From assembly GCA_964448115.1 (NCBI GenBank), contig CAYUVA010000009.1, positions 62,001-95,473 on the forward strand: a stretch of 33,473 nt of DNA, in the 5' to 3' direction. The notes beneath the pieces are model-generated. The model was not told where the DNA came from, ran no database searches, and was given only the letters and a program-made list of their open reading frames with translations. Of this stretch, positions 1 through 9,760 are shown piece by piece. Each line of letters begins with the position of its first letter. Position 1 is the first letter of the stretch. The stretch comes from an uncultured bacterium (lineage in GTDB: Bacteria; CAYUVA01). Both the position numbers and the translations under genes were made by a program.

Positions 1-1
1 G

Positions 2-514
2 CTTCTTTTAGTAGATCAACATGTGGCTCACGAAAGAATAATCTACGAGGATCTAGTTGAGAAAATGAAGAAAGGCAAGCTCTTTATTCAATCGCTAGTA
101 ACCCCATTGTGTATAAACCTGAAGCCAGATCATTATCAATTCGCGCTCAAGAATCTCGAGGCATTCGCATCACTTGGCTTCGACCTGGAGGACTTCGGAG
201 AGAATACGCTTTTGCTGCGCGGTTTACCTTCCGGGCTTAAGATTAAGGATGTTGAGGGGCTTATACTTGATATACTGGAGGAATTGCTCGATGAAGAAAC
301 GCCATCGAGCATAAATTCGCTGCGCGATGCGGTGCTGATATCGACTGCCTGCAAGGCAGCAATCAAGGCAAATCAGGCGCTAGATTTCCGCCAGATGCAG
401 TCGCTTATAAAGCAGCTTGCACGAACTACCACACCTCATGTTTGTCCCCATGGCCGTCCGGTCATCATGCGCCTCTCCAAGGGCAAGGTAGATAGCAACT
501 TTCAGAGACCATAG
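2..514 (+). CDS. mutL: DNA mismatch repair endonuclease MutL, C-terminal part (5'-truncated by window)
   Basis: The frame is open from base 2: LLLVDQHVAHERIIYE (DQHA-x2-E-x4-E endonuclease motif, with A->V), QSLVTP (clamp-binding-like), TACKAAIK and CPHGRP. Lies directly upstream of miaA. Confidence 0.96.
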   Translation, partial: LLLVDQHVAHERIIYEDLVEKMKKGKLFIQSLVTPLCINLKPDHYQFALKNLEAFASLGFDLEDFGENTLLLRGLPSGLKIKDVEGLILDILEELLDEETPSSINSLRDAVLISTACKAAIKANQALDFRQMQSLIKQLARTTTPHVCPHGRPVIMRLSKGKVDSNFQRP

Positions 515-521
515 ATAATCC

Positions 522-1442
522 ATGCCCATACTCGTCATCGCAGGTCCCACCGCAGTTGGCAAAACCAGCCTGGTTGTACAGCTTGGCAAACTACTGCCTA
601 TCGAGGTGATCAACGCAGACTCCAGGCAGGTGTATCGCTACATGGATATCGGCTCGGCAAAACCGACCGCTGATGAACAGGAGATGGTAAAACATCATCT
701 TATAGATGTCGTTTATCCGCATCAGGGATTCAGCGCCGGCGATTTCATGGTTCGAGGTAGATCTCTTATCGAGGAGATAATAAGTCGCGGAAAACTCCCG
801 GTTATCGCCGGGGGCGCAGGCTTGTATATAAAAGCGCTTATTGATGGAATCTTCGAGGCACCGGTTATTCCCCAGGATTTTCGCTCTCAGGTCAGGGAAC
901 AGGCAAAGGGGATAGACTCGACCAAGCTCCATGCACTATTGAAGAAGTGCGATCCAGTCTTCGCAGATAGGATAAACCCCAGGGATCGCTATCGGATACT
1001 GCGCGGATTGGAGGTGTACCGCTACTTTGGAAAGCCCATATCTGAGTTGCATAAGCAAAGGGTAGCTATCGAGGATAAGTATGACTTTAGCTTTATCTTC
1101 CTGGTTCGTCCTCGGCAAGTACTTTATGAGCGTATAGATGCTCGTGCAATCCAGATGATCGAACAGGGGCTGATCGATGAGACCAGGAGGCTTCTCGATA
1201 TGGGCTACACTCCTGATTTGAAATCAATGAGCGGAATGGGATACCGGGAGATGATCGACTACCATGCTGGCGAGATTACCTTGGAACAAGCCTTGCAGCA
1301 GATGTGTCAGCGTACCCGCAATTACGCTAAGAGGCAGCTTACCTGGTTCAAGAAGGATACAAGATACCGCTGGATAGACCTGGGCAATAGTACCGACTTT
1401 CATAAAACAGCAGTAGAGCTTTTGAAAATTGCAAAAACCTAG
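522..1442 (+). CDS. miaA: tRNA (adenosine(37)-N6)-dimethylallyltransferase
   Basis: GPTAVGKT P-loop, DSRQVYRYMDIGSAKP, GGAGLY, TRNYAKRQLTWF. Confidence 0.97.
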   Translation: MPILVIAGPTAVGKTSLVVQLGKLLPIEVINADSRQVYRYMDIGSAKPTADEQEMVKHHLIDVVYPHQGFSAGDFMVRGRSLIEEIISRGKLPVIAGGAGLYIKALIDGIFEAPVIPQDFRSQVREQAKGIDSTKLHALLKKCDPVFADRINPRDRYRILRGLEVYRYFGKPISELHKQRVAIEDKYDFSFIFLVRPRQVLYERIDARAIQMIEQGLIDETRRLLDMGYTPDLKSMSGMGYREMIDYHAGEITLEQALQQMCQRTRNYAKRQLTWFKKDTRYRWIDLGNSTDFHKTAVELLKIAKT

Positions 1443-1473
1443 GGTTCTAATATACTTTTACCAGATACCTTGA

Positions 1474-2748
1474 ATGAGCCAACCTATAGTAAAACAGGAA
1501 AAATCGGAACGAGCATTGCTGGTGGGAGTTGAGTTTTCACACGCCCTACTCGATCACCTTGAATATTCATTAGAGGAGCTTAAGCAACTAACCTTGGCAG
1601 CCGGGGCAATCTTCGTGGATGCAGTGTCAACAACTCGCCACGGACCGGATTCAGCCTATTTCATTGGCAAGGGCAAGGTAGAAGAGATAAAGGAACTGGT
1701 GGAGGATGAGAAAATAGATATAGTCATCTTCGATGATGCGCTTACTCCGTCACAGCAACGAAACCTTGAGGATGCGATCGAGTGCAAGGTGATCGACCGC
1801 GAGGCGCTGATCCTAGATGTTTTCGCTCGACGGGCAAAGACCTCAGAGGGCAAGCTACAGGTGGAGCTTGCCCAATACATGTACTATCTGCCCCGGCTTG
1901 CTGGATTATGGAAGCACTTCAGCAGGCTGGGAGGCGGCATCGGCACCAGGGGACCGGGTGAAACGCAGCTCGAATACGACCGCCGGGTAGTCAGAGAGCG
2001 AATAAAGAAGATCAAGGAAAAACTGCAAAAGGTCTCCAAGACCAGGGAGCTGCAAAGGACTAAAAGGCATCGCTCACCAATGCCTAGCGTGGCAATAGTA
2101 GGCTATACAAATGCCGGCAAATCGACCCTGTTGAACGCATTGACCGATGCTGATGCCTTGGTTGAGGATCAGTACTTCGCCACCCTGGAGCCGATTATCC
2201 GGCGCTGCGTTCTGGATACTGGCCAGGTGATACTGCTCAGCGATACGGTCGGCTTCATCGATAAGCTGCCCCATCATCTAATCGAGGCATTCAAATCGAC
2301 CCTCGAAGAGGTCGTTGAGGCTGATTACCTGATAGAGGTGCACGATATAAATATTCCTCATCTCGGGCGCCACAAGGAAGTGGTAGATCAAGTCCTCAAG
2401 CAGCTAGGGGCTGAGCAGAAGCCGAGATTACTCGTGCTCAACAAGCTCGATATGGCAATCAATCCTGAGCTGGTCCATACCTTGGAGCAAAGATACGATT
2501 CCATAGCCATCTCTGCTACTGAGGGTACAAATCTCGACCTTTTGAAAGTCAAGATACGAGATATGATCTCACCGCAATTCCCTAAAGTATTAGTTAGAAT
2601 ACCGCTCTGTGATGGAAAGATGATCGCTCTGGCACAAAAAAGCTGCTATATTCTATCGCAACGATATGATACAGATAGCGTTCATATACAGATGCAGGTG
2701 CCTAATTATTTATACAAAGACTTCGAGCATTACTTAACAAAAGAATGA
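1474..2748 (+). CDS. hflX: Ribosome-splitting GTPase HflX
   Basis: GGGIGTRGPGETQLE, GYTNAGKSTL (G1), FATL (G2), DTVGF (G3), NKLD (G4). Confidence 0.97.
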   Translation: MSQPIVKQEKSERALLVGVEFSHALLDHLEYSLEELKQLTLAAGAIFVDAVSTTRHGPDSAYFIGKGKVEEIKELVEDEKIDIVIFDDALTPSQQRNLEDAIECKVIDREALILDVFARRAKTSEGKLQVELAQYMYYLPRLAGLWKHFSRLGGGIGTRGPGETQLEYDRRVVRERIKKIKEKLQKVSKTRELQRTKRHRSPMPSVAIVGYTNAGKSTLLNALTDADALVEDQYFATLEPIIRRCVLDTGQVILLSDTVGFIDKLPHHLIEAFKSTLEEVVEADYLIEVHDINIPHLGRHKEVVDQVLKQLGAEQKPRLLVLNKLDMAINPELVHTLEQRYDSIAISATEGTNLDLLKVKIRDMISPQFPKVLVRIPLCDGKMIALAQKSCYILSQRYDTDSVHIQMQVPNYLYKDFEHYLTKE

Positions 2749-4016
2749 AAGTACAGTTAAGCAACCATAGATCGATATCTTTTTGCCTGGCTTGCCTTGC
2801 CATTATTTTACTGTCATCTGGTTGTATTCCTACAGCTAAGCCTCTTGGTCAGCAACATTTCGTTTTGAGACAGGAGCTTAGCAGCCACCAGGTTCTCGAT
2901 GCGCCTGCCGGTTGTCGCACGAATGATGCAAATAATGCGGTAATCGAGGGGAGACAACTTTATTACCAAGGCAAGTATAATGAGGCTATCTCCTTGTTTG
3001 AGCAAGCCATTTCCAGCCATTCTGACTGCCTTCAAGCCTTGATCGGATTAGGTTTATCATATTATGCACTGGGTGAATACGATGCCAGCTTGGAGCCTTT
3101 CGAGCAGGCTCTTGAGCTTGCGCCGAGCGATATCACGATCAATATCGACCTCGAGTTAATCGCCCTAAAAGCAAGTAGAAACCACCTGGTGAAGGCAAAA
3201 GATCTGATCGCGCAGGGATATTTTAATGATGCCCAGCTTGAGCTTCAAAAGGCGATAGATCTCAAGAATGACCTGGCTCCAGCATACTTGGAGCTAGCCA
3301 ATCTATACATATCACAGCATAAGCTCAGCGATGCGGTCTCTATCCTGGATGAAGCGCTTGTATATAATCCAGATTCTCCGGCGATCGCCAGGCTACGCAT
3401 TCAAACCATGATCGATGCAGGCATGTACGCTGAAGCAAAGTTCGCTATTGAAGGCTACGATGGCGTGGATCGCTCATCATTACAGGCTTTGCTTAATATG
3501 AGGCAACGCCAGGCGACCCTGCCGCCACAATACATGTATTCGCTGGCAAAAGACAAGATAACCAGGGGTGATCTGGCATCGATAACCATGAATAATCTCG
3601 ATCTCACCTTCTTTGCGCCAAAAGATAGCGACGCTAAGCCGGTTATTATCGACATCTCAGAACACTGGGCAAGGAATGATATCATAGAATCAATAGAGTA
3701 TGGCTTTTTTACCCCTTACCGAGATCACACCTTCAAGCCAGGGAGCCTGGTTTTACGCGGGGAGCTAGCAAGCCTGTTATTTCGCTTGATTGAGCTTAGC
3801 AGGCTTGAGATAGAAGGGAGTTACAACCAAGATACACCAAAGGTGAATGATCTCTATAAGGAAAACATCTATTATGTCCCTATAATGACCGTGCTGCAGT
3901 TAGGATTGATGGAGACAGGGCAGGGTAACTTCAACTTCTCTGGATATGTTTCAGGCAGAGAGGCTGTAGCAGCGATGGAGAGACTGAATGCCTTATTAAA
4001 CGAGGGGCTCCAATGA
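2745..4016 (+). CDS. Putative lipoprotein with TPR repeats and a C-terminal S-layer homology (SLH) region
   Basis: Hydrophobic N-terminus with lipobox-like LSSGC; several TPR-like helices (e.g. ALIGLGLSYYALGEYDASLEPFEQALELAP); SLH-like DISEHWA...GFFTPYRDHTFKP...LRGELA, plus TRGDLA and SGREAV. Overlaps the hflX stop by 4 bp. Confidence 0.78.
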   Translation: MKVQLSNHRSISFCLACLAIILLSSGCIPTAKPLGQQHFVLRQELSSHQVLDAPAGCRTNDANNAVIEGRQLYYQGKYNEAISLFEQAISSHSDCLQALIGLGLSYYALGEYDASLEPFEQALELAPSDITINIDLELIALKASRNHLVKAKDLIAQGYFNDAQLELQKAIDLKNDLAPAYLELANLYISQHKLSDAVSILDEALVYNPDSPAIARLRIQTMIDAGMYAEAKFAIEGYDGVDRSSLQALLNMRQRQATLPPQYMYSLAKDKITRGDLASITMNNLDLTFFAPKDSDAKPVIIDISEHWARNDIIESIEYGFFTPYRDHTFKPGSLVLRGELASLLFRLIELSRLEIEGSYNQDTPKVNDLYKENIYYVPIMTVLQLGLMETGQGNFNFSGYVSGREAVAAMERLNALLNEGLQ

Positions 4017-4651
4017 GACGAGATACCCTATATAAAGCCTTTATTGCAGCGTCTTTATTGGCAATTTTCTTTGTGATCGTCATACCCCTTCCAGCAGGAG
4101 CCAAGGAGATATATTTATTGGTGGAGAAGGTGCATAATCGCACCTCGATCACGCAGCCTGAGCTTAGCAACATGGCAAAGATCATGCTTATAAGCAGGAT
4201 CAATAAGTTCAAGGGCATCAAGGCGGTGGATCTAGGCGCATTGGTAGATGCAAATATGAGTGCTGCCCAAAAACAACAAGCGCTTAATGATATGGGAGTG
4301 AACTACCGGCTTGAGGGGGAGGTGCTTCAGTATTATGAAGAGCGCTCCAGCATCTTTAGCTTCGGCATTAAGGAGCATGCGGCTTATTTGACCCTAGGAG
4401 CTAGGGTGTTAGATCGGCGCAATAATGAGATAGTCTGGGCACAAGCGAGATCAGGCTTCGGGGTTGATACATACGCACGAGTCTGTGGATTCAACTGGAG
4501 GAGAAAGCATCACCCGGATTTCTTCAGGTATTTGCTTCGGCGAGCTATTGACCATCTGGTAGAGGATCTGGGGCATAGTTTGATACAAATTGAGGGAAAA
4601 AGAGAAAGTGGAATAAACGATACCCTTATTTTCAAAGGGAGCCCAAGATGA
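4013..4651 (+). CDS. Exported hypothetical protein (possible CsgG/LpoB/TolB-N-like fold)
   Basis: Signal peptide ending PAGA|K; the segment LNDMGVNYRLEGEV...AYLTLGARVLDRRNNEIVW resembles CsgG-like domains; 4-bp overlaps with both neighbours. Confidence 0.55.
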   Translation: MRRDTLYKAFIAASLLAIFFVIVIPLPAGAKEIYLLVEKVHNRTSITQPELSNMAKIMLISRINKFKGIKAVDLGALVDANMSAAQKQQALNDMGVNYRLEGEVLQYYEERSSIFSFGIKEHAAYLTLGARVLDRRNNEIVWAQARSGFGVDTYARVCGFNWRRKHHPDFFRYLLRRAIDHLVEDLGHSLIQIEGKRESGINDTLIFKGSPR

Positions 4652-5778
4652 AGAAGGTGCTAGGGAACGAGTGGGTTCAGTTCTTTGGAGCGATCTTACT
4701 TTTGATCGCGTTATGTTATTTTATATATTCGATAAGAGCCATACTTTTTCCGTTCATTGTCAGCTTTGCGATCGCCTATTTACTGGATCCGGTGGTAGAT
4801 TTCCTCGAGAGGCGCAAGATATCACGATTACTAGCCATCGTGATAGTTGTATGCATTCTACTCATCATTCTGGCGCTGTTTATTCTGATAATAGTGCCCA
4901 GCACCATCACACAGTTCCAGCATTTAGCTGGTAAATTCCCAGGCTACCTTGAGACCATTCAACACAGGACCATCCCGGCTGTGGAAAAATTTCTTCATAT
5001 CGATATACCGAATAATACCGAGCAGTTATACAAGGAGCTGATGAATAGATTTTATAGCTTGCAGGAGATCCCCTGGGATAAGCTTTCTCCGTTGACCGGC
5101 TACTTATCCAAGGTCTTTAGTAGTCTGCTTAGCTTTATCATAACCCTGGTCAATCTGGTATTGATCCCTATCCTGGCATTTTACTTTCTCTTGGATATCG
5201 ACAAGATATATAAGAAAGTCCGCGAGTTCATACCCCTTAAATACCGCGATGAGATAGTCGGCTGGTTCAAGCAGGTTCACGCAGTCTTGAGCGGATTCAT
5301 TCGCGGGCAACTCACTGTCTGCCTGATACTTGCGGTCATGTATAGCACCGGCTTGGCTATAGTTGGCATTCCACTATGGGCTTTGATCGGCATCATAGCT
5401 GGTTTCTCCAATCTTATCCCTTACTTGGGATATTTCATAGGTATCATCCCCTCACTGCTATTGGCGCTACTAGAATATGGAGATCTGAAGCACATTTTAG
5501 GCGTCTTCATAGCCTTCACCATTGTGCAGACCATAGAGGGGAATCTTCTCACCCCCAAGATAGTGGGGAACAAGGTGGGATTGCACCCACTGGTGGTTGT
5601 GCTGGCATTGTTAATCGGTGGTAAATTCTTCGGATTTATCGGGGTGCTTGTAGCCCTGCCGGTAACCGCTGTACTGAATGTTTTTTTCAAGATAGCCCTA
5701 AATAAGTATCTATCCTCACGCTTTTACCTGGGAGATAATGCTGCTAAAATAAAGGATAATGATACTGCGGATCAATAA
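4648..5778 (+). CDS. AI-2E family (PerM/TqsA-like) transporter
   Basis: IAYLLDPVV, GFIRGQL, NLIPYLG, QTIEGNLLTPKIVGNKVGLHP; about 8 TM segments. Confidence 0.93.
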   Translation: MKKVLGNEWVQFFGAILLLIALCYFIYSIRAILFPFIVSFAIAYLLDPVVDFLERRKISRLLAIVIVVCILLIILALFILIIVPSTITQFQHLAGKFPGYLETIQHRTIPAVEKFLHIDIPNNTEQLYKELMNRFYSLQEIPWDKLSPLTGYLSKVFSSLLSFIITLVNLVLIPILAFYFLLDIDKIYKKVREFIPLKYRDEIVGWFKQVHAVLSGFIRGQLTVCLILAVMYSTGLAIVGIPLWALIGIIAGFSNLIPYLGYFIGIIPSLLLALLEYGDLKHILGVFIAFTIVQTIEGNLLTPKIVGNKVGLHPLVVVLALLIGGKFFGFIGVLVALPVTAVLNVFFKIALNKYLSSRFYLGDNAAKIKDNDTADQ

Positions 5779-5822
5779 TGAAACAAACAAGAGATCGTTT
5801 TTTCCTTTGGACGGGAGCCACC

Positions 5823-7286
5823 ATGCCTAAAAGCAAGCTAATACTTCTAATACCGCTTCTATTGTCGTGTTTGAGCACAACAGTTTTTTGCCTGCCAGTG
5901 ATACCAGGTGATATAGATGAGTCTGGGAGAGTCGATGGGAGGGATCTTACCATCCTGTGCAGGGCTTTAGGCTCCAGCATCGGAGACCCACGGTACCACA
6001 TTTATGCTGATATTGACGATAACGGTTCTGTCGATCAGGACGATATCTCGCTGCTAAAAAGCAATTTTGGCTTAAACCTCAACATCCCGCAAGATGCGGA
6101 TGACTATGTTCCCGGTGAGATAGTGGTCAGCTTTGATGATGGGATAGCTAGCACGGATATCCTTGAGCTGGAACACCGGTACCAGCTTGAGCTTATCAAG
6201 GAAAACAGCGATTTTAAGGTGAATGTTTACCGGCTGCCTGAACACCTAAGCCTGGCTGAGGCTATCTACAAGATGGGCAAGGAGCCGCATGTCGAGTTCG
6301 CCGAGCCTCGTTTCATAGTTAAAGCCTGCTATCAGCCAAACGACCCTTACTACAAGTACCAGTGGAACTTCGATCATATCGGGATGCGCATGGCATGGGA
6401 GGAGAGCATGGGCAGCCCTGATGTAATCGTGGCAGTGGTAGATAGCGGTGTCGCTTATGAGAACTACATGGAATATTGCAGGGCGACCGACTTCGAGGAC
6501 GATGTTTTCGTCTATTCGTATAACTTCATCACCGGCAACGAGCACGCTAACGACAACGAGGGGCACGGGACCCATGTTGCCGGCACTATAGCCCAGAAGA
6601 CGGGAAACAACTTCGGGGTTGCCGGCATTGCACCCTACTGTAAGATCATGCCGGTCAAGGTGTTAAATGAAAGTGGCCAAGGCAACTCCGATGATGTAGC
6701 TGATGGCATCAGATATGCTGCTGACCATGGCGCTAAGGTGGTAAACTTGAGCCTTGGCTCCGAATATTACATACAGGATATAAAGAACGCCTGCGACTAT
6801 GCATACTCCAAGGGGGCGGTGGTTGTGGCAGCATCCGGCAATGACGGTGAGTCAAAGAAATTCTATCCAGCAGCCTATCAAAAGGTGATAGGCGTAGGAG
6901 CTGTTCAATACGATAAAACTCGAACATATTACTCCAACTATGGGGATTACATCGATCTGGTAGCTCCTGGCGGCAATGGATATCTGGATCAAAACAACGA
7001 TTATTTTGGCGACCTGATAATACAACAGAGCTTCATCTTTCCCTTTTATTGCCAGTTTACCATGCTCGGCTCTCAGGGCACATCGATGGCTGCCCCCCAT
7101 GTCTCCGGCGTGGCTGCGCTGCTCTGGAGTCTTGGCATCGTACAGTCCCCGGCTGATGTAGAAAAGATACTGATCGAGACCGCCGATGATCTCGGTCCCG
7201 ATGGCTGGGATGAGCAATATGGATACGGTTTGCTCGACGCAGAGAAGGCAACGACCTACTACCGAGAATGGGGGTGGGATAATTGA
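5823..7286 (+). CDS. Secreted S8 (subtilisin-family) serine peptidase with N-terminal dockerin-like domain
   Basis: Start placed at ATG 5823 (GGAG upstream, signal peptide follows; the ORF track starts at 5778). Duplicated Ca-loop GDIDESGRVDGRD / ADIDDNGSVDQDD; prodomain YVPGEIVV; triad VAVVDSG, GHGTHVAG, GTSMAAPHVSG; oxyanion AASGN. Confidence 0.93.
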   Translation: MPKSKLILLIPLLLSCLSTTVFCLPVIPGDIDESGRVDGRDLTILCRALGSSIGDPRYHIYADIDDNGSVDQDDISLLKSNFGLNLNIPQDADDYVPGEIVVSFDDGIASTDILELEHRYQLELIKENSDFKVNVYRLPEHLSLAEAIYKMGKEPHVEFAEPRFIVKACYQPNDPYYKYQWNFDHIGMRMAWEESMGSPDVIVAVVDSGVAYENYMEYCRATDFEDDVFVYSYNFITGNEHANDNEGHGTHVAGTIAQKTGNNFGVAGIAPYCKIMPVKVLNESGQGNSDDVADGIRYAADHGAKVVNLSLGSEYYIQDIKNACDYAYSKGAVVVAASGNDGESKKFYPAAYQKVIGVGAVQYDKTRTYYSNYGDYIDLVAPGGNGYLDQNNDYFGDLIIQQSFIFPFYCQFTMLGSQGTSMAAPHVSGVAALLWSLGIVQSPADVEKILIETADDLGPDGWDEQYGYGLLDAEKATTYYREWGWDN

Positions 7287-7297
7287 TGGGAGATGCA

Positions 7298-7927
7298 ATG
7301 GGAAGACTTTGCGCAGCATTGTGCCTTATCAGCCTGATGATCATGCCACAAATCAGCTATGGTGGCGAGCAATATATGTCCAAGAATCTTTTGGTCATGC
7401 GATTAAACTTGGGAGCTTTCCAACCCCTGGCAGCCAAGAAGAGCTACGATGATATCTATGGCAATCCTTGCCTGGAGCCTGGCATCTCGCTTTTTTATAA
7501 GGATATGGAGACCGGAATGGATGTCGGCTTAGAGATAATGCATTCCTTTACAACTGGCGAATATGTGATGATGGAGGGGGGAGAGCTTGTTCCCTCTGGC
7601 ACAAAGGCTACCCTTGGTATTACTGCCATAAACATATCGCTGGAATATAACCTTGGTCCTGATTCTTATATCAATCCCTTCATCGGTGGGGGGCTTGGAA
7701 AATACTTCATGCGTGAGACAGGCTTCAGCTCAAGGGAATCACTCGGTTATTTTCTCTTAGGTGGTTTGGAGCTTAACCTGCAGAAGGAATGGTCGCTTAA
7801 CTGTCGATTGCTATACAATACGGTTCCAGATTCTTTAGGGCACAGGGGGACCTCCAAGTACCGCAATGAGACCGATATGGGAGGCATACACCTACTGCTA
7901 GGCTTGAACTACCGACTTCCGCTCTGA
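7298..7927 (+). CDS. Small outer-membrane beta-barrel protein (OmpW/OMP_b-brl-like)
   Basis: Signal peptide; INPFIGGGLG, LLGGLELNL and C-terminal strand LLLGLNYRL with alternating hydrophobicity. Start ATG 7298 follows GGAG (the track starts at 7283). Confidence 0.72.
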   Translation: MGRLCAALCLISLMIMPQISYGGEQYMSKNLLVMRLNLGAFQPLAAKKSYDDIYGNPCLEPGISLFYKDMETGMDVGLEIMHSFTTGEYVMMEGGELVPSGTKATLGITAINISLEYNLGPDSYINPFIGGGLGKYFMRETGFSSRESLGYFLLGGLELNLQKEWSLNCRLLYNTVPDSLGHRGTSKYRNETDMGGIHLLLGLNYRLPL

Positions 7928-7932
7928 GTGCC

Positions 7933-8943
7933 ATGCAACCCAAGATCTCAGTAATAATCCCAGCCCGGCAGGCTAATGAGCTTAGAAAGGCTATCTTTGC
8001 ACTTGCTCGTATCGATTATCCTCCCGAGCTTATCGAGGTGGTGGGCGCTTATGGAAGACAGCCATCGGTGCAGCGCAACCGGGCATCGAGAGTTGCAGAT
8101 GGGGACTATATCCTTTTTCTCGATAATGATGCCATGGTAGCCACTGATTACCTGAGGATAATGGTTGATGAGATAAGCAGGCACCCGGATATCGCCATCA
8201 TAGGCGGTCCAAATATCACACCAGATACCGACAGCTTCTTTCAAAAGTGTACAGGATATGCCCTGGCTTCTCGCTTTGCCCACTCGGATATGGCAGCGCG
8301 CTACCGCCCTATCGGTGCGATCCGGCAGGGAAGCGAAAAGGAGCTTATCCTTTGTGCGCTGATGGTAAAGACATCTGATTTCAGGGAACTAGGCGGTTTC
8401 AACGAGGCGCTGTATCCCAACGAGGAGAACGAGTTCCTCAACCGGGCGTCTGCTGCTGGCAAGACTATTATCTATCACCCCCAGGCAGTGGTATATCGAA
8501 GCCGACGCAGGAATCTCCTAGATTTTATCGGTCAGTTGGCAAATTATGGCAGGGGAAGAATGGAACAGTGCTTCATCGAGGGCTTTAAACTGAGCAATAG
8601 CGCATTTTTGCTCCCCCTTGCATTCTTGCTTTATCTGGTCAGCCTGCTATTCTTTCATCCCTTTTGGTACCTAATACCCTTAATATTCTATCTTCTGTTG
8701 GGGCACATCTCATCAGCAGCCTTTGCACGCATGGAGAAAAATCCACTTTATGGTTTAGCATTGCCCTGGTTCTACATGATAATGCACCTTTCTTATGGCG
8801 CTGGGATGATCTGGGCTTTGATGCGCAGGTTAACAGGCATAAATAAAAGAAAAATGCCTGATGCATCCAAAGGCATCGATGTAACTATCGAGAGAATAAA
8901 GCACTTCACCTCCAGTTGGAATCATTCGCTTAATAATGATTAA
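7933..8943 (+). CDS. Glycosyltransferase family 2 with C-terminal TM helices
   Basis: ISVIIPA, YILFLDND (DxD), GGFNE..YPNEE, and about 3 C-terminal hydrophobic segments. Confidence 0.9.
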   Translation: MQPKISVIIPARQANELRKAIFALARIDYPPELIEVVGAYGRQPSVQRNRASRVADGDYILFLDNDAMVATDYLRIMVDEISRHPDIAIIGGPNITPDTDSFFQKCTGYALASRFAHSDMAARYRPIGAIRQGSEKELILCALMVKTSDFRELGGFNEALYPNEENEFLNRASAAGKTIIYHPQAVVYRSRRRNLLDFIGQLANYGRGRMEQCFIEGFKLSNSAFLLPLAFLLYLVSLLFFHPFWYLIPLIFYLLLGHISSAAFARMEKNPLYGLALPWFYMIMHLSYGAGMIWALMRRLTGINKRKMPDASKGIDVTIERIKHFTSSWNHSLNND

Positions 8944-8953
8944 AGATGGATAG

Positions 8954-9757
8954 ATGAGCAAGCTGCTAGATATATTCAAAACCGGCGAGATAATGACCCC
9001 GGACAACAAAGGGATCAATCCTCTATTCAAGCGACATCTGGCTGCTTACAGGTTCTGCATACCATTCTGCCAGGATAGGGAGATACTGGAGATCGGCTTC
9101 GGCGAGGGTTACGGCACCAATGAGATTGCAGAACATGCTCGCTCGGTGGTAGGCAGCGATCTTCAACCGGAACTAGCCGAGTATGCAAAGGATAAATATA
9201 GCGGCAGGGGGATAGAATTCTTGTGCGCAAGCGCCGAGAGCCTGCCATTTAAGGATGAAACTTTTGATGTTATTATATCGTTGCAGGTATTGGAACATGT
9301 GAAGATATATCAGGCTATGATCAAGGAAAGCTACCGGGTACTTCGCAAGGGGGGCAAGGCGATACACATCACCCCTAACCGTCTGACTATGTTGAGTGGA
9401 GTGAATCCCTATCACTACCGGGAGTTCGATCCAGACCAGCTTAGAAATGAGATGAAGGCTGTCTTTCCAAGGGTAAAGATGATGGGGTTGTTCGGCAGCG
9501 AGAGATACCTGGCAATAAAAAATGAGGAACAAAGGTTTGCCCGTCGGCTGCTAAGGATAGATTTTCTTGGACTACGAAGATACCTCCCCCGCAGATTGCT
9601 TGCCTTCCCTTATCGAATAGCCTTCAAGGTGATCAATGACAACACTGATCAACTGGAAAGAAAAGCCGATGCACTTATCACGGTAGATGACTTCTATACA
9701 TCAGATGGTATTGATCTGGGCAAAGCGCTAGAGCTTATCGCTATCGGGGAGAAATGA
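8954..9757 (+). CDS. Class I SAM-dependent methyltransferase
   Basis: ILEIGFGEGYG (motif I), LPFKDETFDVIISLQVLEHV, RVLRKGG, NPYHYREF. Confidence 0.92.
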   Translation: MSKLLDIFKTGEIMTPDNKGINPLFKRHLAAYRFCIPFCQDREILEIGFGEGYGTNEIAEHARSVVGSDLQPELAEYAKDKYSGRGIEFLCASAESLPFKDETFDVIISLQVLEHVKIYQAMIKESYRVLRKGGKAIHITPNRLTMLSGVNPYHYREFDPDQLRNEMKAVFPRVKMMGLFGSERYLAIKNEEQRFARRLLRIDFLGLRRYLPRRLLAFPYRIAFKVINDNTDQLERKADALITVDDFYTSDGIDLGKALELIAIGEK

Positions 9758-9760
9758 AAT

